From an uncultured Bacteroidales bacterium (GTDB taxonomy: Bacteria; Bacteroidota; Bacteroidia; Bacteroidales; UBA1715): DNA of 64,000 bases. This document shows positions 57,899 through 64,000 of this stretch, piece after piece. Positions within the stretch are counted from its first letter, which is position 1. Each line of letters opens with the position of its first letter. Under the pieces are notes generated by a model. That model made no database searches, had not been told where the DNA came from, and worked only from the letters and a program-made list of their open reading frames with translations. The stretch spans positions 81-64,080 of the forward strand of contig CALAUG010000045.1 of assembly GCA_937892155.1 (NCBI GenBank), given 5' to 3'. Position numbers and translations under genes: made by a program.

Positions 57899-59412
57899 GG
57901 AATTTAATAACGATAGTGTGTTCTTGTTTGATTTGTGCGTATGTTCAGGCACAAGACACTTCGTTTATCAAATACTCTGACAGAGCAGATTCAAGTGAAA
58001 TAGTAAAAAACTATAATACTCAGCTAGATAGCTTAGTTGATTTGTGGTATGTGAAAAAGTCTGAGAATTTAAAATTTTCAGATGTTTCAAAAAAACATTA
58101 CGACAGTACGTATGTCCCAAAATTTACAAATAAGGAATATAGGACTCGCATTGAGCAAATGAACTCTGTTGTTAAGTTGACGTACAACGACAAGGTGCAG
58201 AATTATATAGACGTTTATGCAAACAAGCGTAGAAATTCTGTTTCCGCGATGTTGGGAATGGCTGAATATTATTTCCCAATTTTTGAAGATATTTTTGAAC
58301 AATATGATGTGCCTCAGGAGTTAAAGTATCTTTCAATAATAGAATCTGCTTTGAATCCTAAAGCAAAATCTCCCGCAGGTGCCCGTGGTATTTGGCAATT
58401 TATGCCAACAACGGCACGAAATTACAAATTGAAAGTTAATTCATATTTGGATGAGCGTTGTGATCCAATTAAGTCTACTCACGCTGCTGCTCAATATTTG
58501 AAAGCTCTTAATGATATTTTTGGCGACTGGGTTTTAGCAATTGCTGCGTATAATTGTGGCCCGGGTAATATTAAAAAAGCTATTGCACGTAGTGGCGGTA
58601 AAACAGACTTTTGGGATATATATAATTTCTTGCCAAAGGAAACAAGAAGTTATGTGCCTGCTTTTATAGCTGCTTATTATGTTTTTGAAAATCATGAACT
58701 TCACAATCTATACCCAAAGAAGATTGTAATGCCAAAAATGGATACTATAATGGTGTCTAAAAAGTTGCATTTTAAGCAAATATCGGAGGTACTTAAAGTC
58801 CCGCTAGAAGAGTTGGAAGATTTAAATCCTCAGTATAAGGCGGATGTGGTTCCATATAGTGAGGAAGGTAGTCCTCTTTATTTACCAATAGAATTAGTCT
58901 CGCCATTCCTTCGCTTGAAAGATTCTATATATGCACACAAGGACTCTGTTTATTTGAATTTGCAGCCAGAAAGGACGGTCGCGTCTGAATCAACTTCCAC
59001 AGTTCCTGCAAGTTCAGGCAGAACAAAAACATATTATACGGTAAAGGCTGGAGATACGTATACACAAATAGCAAAACGCTATGGTGTTTCTGTTAATACA
59101 TTGAAGTCGTGGAATCATAGAACAAGTAATATGCTTCATATTGGTGAAAAATTAGTCGTATATGCTCCTAGTACGGGTAAGGGGAGTTCTGCCTCAAAAT
59201 CATCTGTTTCGCAAAATAATACTCAAAAAAAATCACAAACGGCAGCAAATAGTAGACCAAATAGTGGAAATAAAGCTTACCATGTGGTGAAATCTGGAGA
59301 TACACTTTGGAGCATTTCTCAACGTTATGGAACGACAGTTGACCATATAAAAAGTCTTAATGGCTTAACTTCAACAAAACTTTCGTTAGGAATGAACCTT
59401 AGAGTTCAATAA
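57895..59412 (+). CDS. MltD-like lytic transglycosylase (SLT domain) with two C-terminal LysM domains
   Basis: IIESALNPKAKSPAGARGIWQFMP, AAYNCGPGN. LysM repeats YYTVKAGDTYTQIAKRYGVSVNTLKSWN and YHVVKSGDTLWSISQRYGTTVDHIKSLN. Start overlaps the ABC gene stop by 4 nt. Confidence 0.87.
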   Translation: MRNLITIVCSCLICAYVQAQDTSFIKYSDRADSSEIVKNYNTQLDSLVDLWYVKKSENLKFSDVSKKHYDSTYVPKFTNKEYRTRIEQMNSVVKLTYNDKVQNYIDVYANKRRNSVSAMLGMAEYYFPIFEDIFEQYDVPQELKYLSIIESALNPKAKSPAGARGIWQFMPTTARNYKLKVNSYLDERCDPIKSTHAAAQYLKALNDIFGDWVLAIAAYNCGPGNIKKAIARSGGKTDFWDIYNFLPKETRSYVPAFIAAYYVFENHELHNLYPKKIVMPKMDTIMVSKKLHFKQISEVLKVPLEELEDLNPQYKADVVPYSEEGSPLYLPIELVSPFLRLKDSIYAHKDSVYLNLQPERTVASESTSTVPASSGRTKTYYTVKAGDTYTQIAKRYGVSVNTLKSWNHRTSNMLHIGEKLVVYAPSTGKGSSASKSSVSQNNTQKKSQTAANSRPNSGNKAYHVVKSGDTLWSISQRYGTTVDHIKSLNGLTSTKLSLGMNLRVQ

Positions 59413-59414
59413 TT

Positions 59415-61277
59415 ATGTGTGGAATTGCAGGATATTATACTTATGCTAATACGTTTAATTCAAGTGAGTTAAATTATGTTGGTGAAAGTATTTCTTTACG
59501 TGGTCCTGAACACCAAGGTGTTTTTTCTGATGAGGTATGTGGTTTGGTTCATCGCCGCTTGAAAATCATTGATTTATCTGATGATTCCAATCAACCAATG
59601 GCTTCAGAGGATGGTCGTTATCAAATGGTGTATAATGGCGAAGTATATAATTATGATGAAATCCGTCGAGAACAGCAAATATCTGTGCAAACTACTTCTG
59701 ACACGGAAATTGTCTTAAAATCGTTGATAGCAAATGGTATAGAGGCTGTAGAGTCATTCAATGGTATGTTTGCTATCGCATTGTACGATACGCTTGAAAA
59801 AAAATTGCTTCTTATCCGCGATAGAATGGGGGTTAAACCATTGTATTATTACTGGGATGGAACTAATTTTGCCTTTGCGTCAGAAATTAAAGCATTACTT
59901 CGTTTTAATTTTATAAACAGAAATAAATCAATAAATTACTCAGCGTTAAATCAATTTTTACATCTAGGTTACACGGGTATAGAATATACTATTTATAATA
60001 ACATATATAAATGTCCCGCTGGTTCGTTTTTGGAAGTGTCGGATAAGAATCTTTCAATTCAGTCATATTGGAAAACGTGTGATTGCGTGCAACCAGAAAC
60101 AATAGATGATGTTTATTCTGCTAAGGAAATTTTACGTGATTTGGTCGAGCAATCCGTTCGTTACCGTTTGAAAAGCGATGTGCCGTATGGAACATTTTTA
60201 AGCGGTGGAATTGATTCGTCGCTTGTTACTGCGGTTGCACAAAGGAACCTTAATACTCGATTGAATACATTTACAATAGCATTTGCTGAAAACAAATACG
60301 ACGAAAGTAAATATGCGAAGCAGGTTGCTGAATATTTGGGCACCGATCATCATGAAATGGTTGTAACTCACAAAGAAGCATCGCAATTAATCCCTTCTAT
60401 TTTAGATACTTTTGATGAGCCTTTTGCTGATTCTTCTGCAATACCAACAATGTTGGTCTCAAAACTTGCCAAAACAAAAGCTACAATGATATTGTCCGGT
60501 GATGGCGGCGATGAATTGTTTATGGGTTATGGTGCATATAATTGGGCTTCAAGACTTGAAAGTCCATATGTCAAATTTTTTAGGAAGCCATTGTCTTTTG
60601 CGTCCAAGTTTGGTACATCACGAATAAAACGTGCTGGCACAGTGTTAAATTATTCTGCAGAGGACCAAAAACCATCTCATATTTTCTCACAAGAGCAATA
60701 TTTGTTTTCACGGAAGGAGATTCAACATTTACTTAATGCGGATTTTTACACTGACTTTTGTTTGCAAAATGAGGTGGCTTCTGTAGCAAGGCCATTGTCT
60801 GCTGCCGAAAATCAGGCGTTATTTGACATGAATTACTATTTGCGTGAGGATTTGTTACCCAAAGTTGACAGGTCTTCAATGAAGTATTCGCTGGAAGTCC
60901 GCGTACCATTACTTGACTATAATATTGTGGAATTTGCACTCAATGTAAATGAAAATCTAAAAGTTCATAATGGAACACAGAAATATTTATTAAAACAAGT
61001 GTTGTATGATTATGTTCCTGCTCATTTATTTGATCGTCCAAAATGGGGATTTTCTATTCCGTTGTGTAATTGGTTAAAAAAAGATTTACACTATCTTATA
61101 GACGATTACTTAAATGAAAACTTGATAGAGCAATTCGGCTTATTTAATAAAAAATATGTTCGTTCGCTTGTCTGCAAATTTGAAAACGGTCACAATGACT
61201 ATTTGTATAATAGAATTTGGCAATTGATTCTTGTACAGAAGTTTATGATCGATAAATTCTTTAAAAATGGCAAATAA
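59415..61277 (+). CDS. asnB: asparagine synthase (glutamine-hydrolysing), AsnB family
   Basis: MCGIAGYY Ntn nucleophile and PP-loop FLSGGIDSS. 620 aa. Confidence 0.9.
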   Translation: MCGIAGYYTYANTFNSSELNYVGESISLRGPEHQGVFSDEVCGLVHRRLKIIDLSDDSNQPMASEDGRYQMVYNGEVYNYDEIRREQQISVQTTSDTEIVLKSLIANGIEAVESFNGMFAIALYDTLEKKLLLIRDRMGVKPLYYYWDGTNFAFASEIKALLRFNFINRNKSINYSALNQFLHLGYTGIEYTIYNNIYKCPAGSFLEVSDKNLSIQSYWKTCDCVQPETIDDVYSAKEILRDLVEQSVRYRLKSDVPYGTFLSGGIDSSLVTAVAQRNLNTRLNTFTIAFAENKYDESKYAKQVAEYLGTDHHEMVVTHKEASQLIPSILDTFDEPFADSSAIPTMLVSKLAKTKATMILSGDGGDELFMGYGAYNWASRLESPYVKFFRKPLSFASKFGTSRIKRAGTVLNYSAEDQKPSHIFSQEQYLFSRKEIQHLLNADFYTDFCLQNEVASVARPLSAAENQALFDMNYYLREDLLPKVDRSSMKYSLEVRVPLLDYNIVEFALNVNENLKVHNGTQKYLLKQVLYDYVPAHLFDRPKWGFSIPLCNWLKKDLHYLIDDYLNENLIEQFGLFNKKYVRSLVCKFENGHNDYLYNRIWQLILVQKFMIDKFFKNGK

Positions 61278-62511
61278 TCCAGGAGTTCTTTATATATCGT
61301 ATGACGGGATGACTGACAATCTTGGTCAGTCGCAAGTTATACCATATCTTGAAGGTTTATCCAAACAGGGATATTCAATACATGTGTTGAGTTGCGAAAA
61401 ACAGGAAAAATACGAGCAGAGGAAAAACCATATTTCAAAAATTTTACAACAAAGTTCAATTGTCTGGCATCCAATAGAATATACCGCAAAACCCCCAGTA
61501 ATTTCAACTTTATATGACTTGCATAAATTGCAAAATACTGCACGCGAAATTATTCTCAATGCTGAAAATAATATAAAACTTTTGCATTGCAGGAGCTATA
61601 TTAGTGCTCACGTTGGTGCGTATTGCCAAAAAAAGTTTGGCTTACCTTGGATATTCGATATGCGTGGGTTCTGGGCAGACGAACGTGTTGAAGGAGGTAT
61701 TTGGAACATTTCCAAGCTATTATATAGGACTGTATATAATTACTTCAAAAATATTGAAAAAAAGTTTATTACAGATGCGAGTTATATTATTAGTTTAACT
61801 GAAAATGGAGCGAATGAAATTCGTTCATGGGATTCATATAAGTCTGCAAATAAACCGATACAAGTAATCCCTTGTTGCGCTGATTTGCAATTATTTCAGA
61901 AAGAAATTTCCAAAACAAAATTACAGTCGGCACAAAAAAAATTAAATATTCCAGATGATGCATTTGTCATTAGTTATCTTGGTTCTTTTGGAACTTGGTA
62001 TATGACCGACGAAATGTTTGATTTTTTCAAAGCAATTTATTGTAAGAATAACAAGGCTGTCTTTTTGTGTATTACTCCTGATAATCCTGACGCTTTGGAA
62101 TCTATTGCAATGCGGAAGGATGTTCCTGTTTCATCGCTTCGTGTTGTTAAAGCGAATCGTGAAGATGTCCCTTTGTATGCTTCTTTGTCGCGATGGTCAA
62201 TGTTTTTTATAAAACCTGTTTATTCAAAGAAAGCTTCGTCGCCAACAAAAATGGGTGAATTATTGGCAATGGGAATACCATTGGTTTGTAATGCCGGTGT
62301 TGGCGATGTCGATGTTATTATGCAGGAATGTGAGAAAGGTTTTGTTATAAAAGATTTTTCTGAAAACAATTATTTTGAAATTGCCGATGCGATTTTACAA
62401 TCCGATGATTCTTGTTCGCCTTGGAATTTACGTGATATAGCTCTAAAATATTATTCTCTTGAAAAGGGGATACAAAAATATGCCGAAGTATACCGCAATA
62501 TTTTAGAATAA
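61267..62511 (+). CDS. glycosyltransferase (GT-B fold, GT4-like)
   Basis: N-terminus VLYISYDGMTDNLGQSQVIPYL. C-terminal TKMGELLAMGIPLVCNAGVGD. Overlaps the asnB stop by 11 nt. Confidence 0.65.
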   Translation: MANNPGVLYISYDGMTDNLGQSQVIPYLEGLSKQGYSIHVLSCEKQEKYEQRKNHISKILQQSSIVWHPIEYTAKPPVISTLYDLHKLQNTAREIILNAENNIKLLHCRSYISAHVGAYCQKKFGLPWIFDMRGFWADERVEGGIWNISKLLYRTVYNYFKNIEKKFITDASYIISLTENGANEIRSWDSYKSANKPIQVIPCCADLQLFQKEISKTKLQSAQKKLNIPDDAFVISYLGSFGTWYMTDEMFDFFKAIYCKNNKAVFLCITPDNPDALESIAMRKDVPVSSLRVVKANREDVPLYASLSRWSMFFIKPVYSKKASSPTKMGELLAMGIPLVCNAGVGDVDVIMQECEKGFVIKDFSENNYFEIADAILQSDDSCSPWNLRDIALKYYSLEKGIQKYAEVYRNILE

Positions 62512-62937
62512 CTATTCAAAGAATGATTCTTTAATTTCTAACCCATTGCTTTTTTGTTGCACCTGAATCATAAGATAGCCAATGCTGTCTCGTACCGAAA
62601 TATTGCAAAAATTTGTCACGGTATCAGCAAATGTCGCATTAATGCAACTACAACTGTCAAAGTGCCAGCTTTTTTCAAAAACTGTTTTCCCAATTTCGAG
62701 TGAGTCTTCATACAAAATAACATCACCGATTTTCAATTTCGAAATAATAGGCGCAGCACACTGATTTTCAATTTCACAATGAAGAATATGTTGTTGTTTC
62801 TTTTTCTCTATGCTCATCATCATATTTTCTATAGCAAAAATTGCAACAATGAGCGAACAGATAAATCCAATAGAAATTATGAAGAAATTTCTGTTGTTTC
62901 GTTTTTGATGTCTTTGTCTGGAAGTTCCTAAATTCAT
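62512..62937 (-). CDS. small membrane-anchored hypothetical protein (141 aa)
   Basis: ATG 62937 shares TAATG with the ispH stop. Basic N-terminus, then TM helix FFIISIGFICSLIVAIFAI. Confidence 0.45.
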   Translation of the reverse strand: MNLGTSRQRHQKRNNRNFFIISIGFICSLIVAIFAIENMMMSIEKKKQQHILHCEIENQCAAPIISKLKIGDVILYEDSLEIGKTVFEKSWHFDSCSCINATFADTVTNFCNISVRDSIGYLMIQVQQKSNGLEIKESFFE

Positions 62938-63833
62938 TATTGTACGTTGATTTTTTCTTTGATTTTTGATGCAATTTCTTCCATCAGCCATTTTGGTGTC
63001 GAGGTGGCACCGCAAATGCCGACAGATAAATTTTGTGAAAATGGGATTTTGTCTAAATCATCACTCTCCGAAACAAAATATGCGTTTTTGTTAATTTGTT
63101 TGCAAATGTCAAAGAGTACTTTTCCATTGGAACTTTTCTTTCCACTTACGAAAATGATGATGTCATATTTTTGCGAAAATTTCTTCAAATCTTCTTCTCT
63201 ATTAGCTACTCGTCGGCAAATTGTGTCGTGGCAAATGAATTGTTTGTTACCGAATTTGTCTGCTTGTTTCGTAATTTCATCTTGAATTATTTTCAATTCA
63301 TGCAGATTTTGCGTGGTTTGCGAGAAAAGGATTGTTGGTTTTGAGAAATCTATCAGTTCAATGTCCTTTAGGTTGCTGATTACTGTGGCGGTATTATCGG
63401 TTTGCCCTAAAAGTCCAACAACTTCAGCGTGCCCAGGTTTCCCATATATTAAAATTTGTCCTCCTTTCCCTTTTATGTCTTTATATGCCTGTTTTATTTT
63501 CTTTTGAAGATTTAAAACAACCGGACAAGTCGCATCAATAATGGTAATGTTGTTTTGTCTCGCAATTTCGTATGTTTCTGGTGGCTCCCCGTGTGCGCGA
63601 AGTAAAACAGTACAGTTTTTTAAACTTTTAAATTGCTCGTATGTTATGGATTTTAATCCTTTAGCACTCAGCCGTGCCATTTCTGCGCCGTTGTGTACAA
63701 TGTCGCCAAGACAGAACAACGACTTATGCTCTTCCAAAGCCTTTTCTGCTTGTTGAATGGCGTTAATCACTCCGAAACAGAAACCGGATTTTTCATCAAT
63801 ATCAACTATGCCTTTATCTTGTTCAGTATCCAT
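62937..63833 (-). CDS. ispH: 4-hydroxy-3-methylbut-2-enyl diphosphate reductase
   Basis: GFCFGV, ATCPVV, HDTICRRV Fe-S Cys contexts. 298 aa. Confidence 0.95.
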   Translation of the reverse strand: MDTEQDKGIVDIDEKSGFCFGVINAIQQAEKALEEHKSLFCLGDIVHNGAEMARLSAKGLKSITYEQFKSLKNCTVLLRAHGEPPETYEIARQNNITIIDATCPVVLNLQKKIKQAYKDIKGKGGQILIYGKPGHAEVVGLLGQTDNTATVISNLKDIELIDFSKPTILFSQTTQNLHELKIIQDEITKQADKFGNKQFICHDTICRRVANREEDLKKFSQKYDIIIFVSGKKSSNGKVLFDICKQINKNAYFVSESDDLDKIPFSQNLSVGICGATSTPKWLMEEIASKIKEKINVQ

Positions 63834-64000
63834 TCTAATTGTCCTTCACGGGTCATGTTACTTGTATCTACTAAAATAGCATCTTCAGCTTGTTTTAATG
63901 GACTTTCCTTTCGAGTTGTGTCTAATAAGTCCCGCTGCTTGAGATTTTCAAGTATTTCGTTGTAATTTGCTTTCCCTTCTTTTTGCAATAATTCATCGTA
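63806..64000 (-). CDS. cmk: cytidylate kinase, C-terminal part (gene runs off the window end)
   Basis: Minus-strand translation ...YDELLQKEGKANYNEILENLKQRDLLDTTRKESPLKQAEDAILVDTSNMTREGQLEWILNKIKA, a typical Cmk C-terminus. Overlaps the ispH start by 28 nt. Confidence 0.85.
   Translation of the reverse strand, partial: YDELLQKEGKANYNEILENLKQRDLLDTTRKESPLKQAEDAILVDTSNMTREGQLEWILNKIKA

Overview
A 64-kb chromosomal segment from a low-GC member of the Bacteroidota, probably Bacteroidales-like. The assignment rests on TAnnTTTG -7 promoter boxes, including the same TACTTTTG box 11-12 nt upstream of both tRNAs, and on a TPR / DUF4292-like / EnvC-like / DUF4175-like envelope block, meso-DAP dehydrogenase and a lamin-tail surface protein. 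Most of the window is densely packed housekeeping: groES-groEL, secG, sufS, nadA, hemW, asd, coaD, thrH, ddh, dut, ybeY-mnmG, tsaC, panB, mltG, recQ, kpsF, pyrE, asnB, ispH, cmk, tRNA-Thr and tRNA-Phe, plus scattered glycan-biosynthesis genes (two flippases, three glycosyltransferases, two AsnB-type enzymes). I saw no CRISPR array, transposase, integrase or rRNA. Six things merit a second look. (1) A three-gene orphan insertion at 27.9-31.0 kb: a PRTase-fold protein, a structured ~300-nt non-coding spacer, and two secreted or membrane orphan proteins bracketed by an identical 26-nt hairpin. (2) A dyad-symmetric motif, TTCCACGTGGAACAAT, present three times around and inside the M16 peptidase gene in different reading frames. 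(3) A decayed VapD/Cas2-like gene with two in-frame stops, absent from the ORF track and still coupled to an intact small upstream ORF. (4) A GH5 glycosidase with a ~90-aa helical insertion containing LTXXQ motifs. (5) An AsnB paralogue lacking the Cys nucleophile. (6) Several unusual non-coding stretches. All functional calls come from motif recognition by eye, with no database search.
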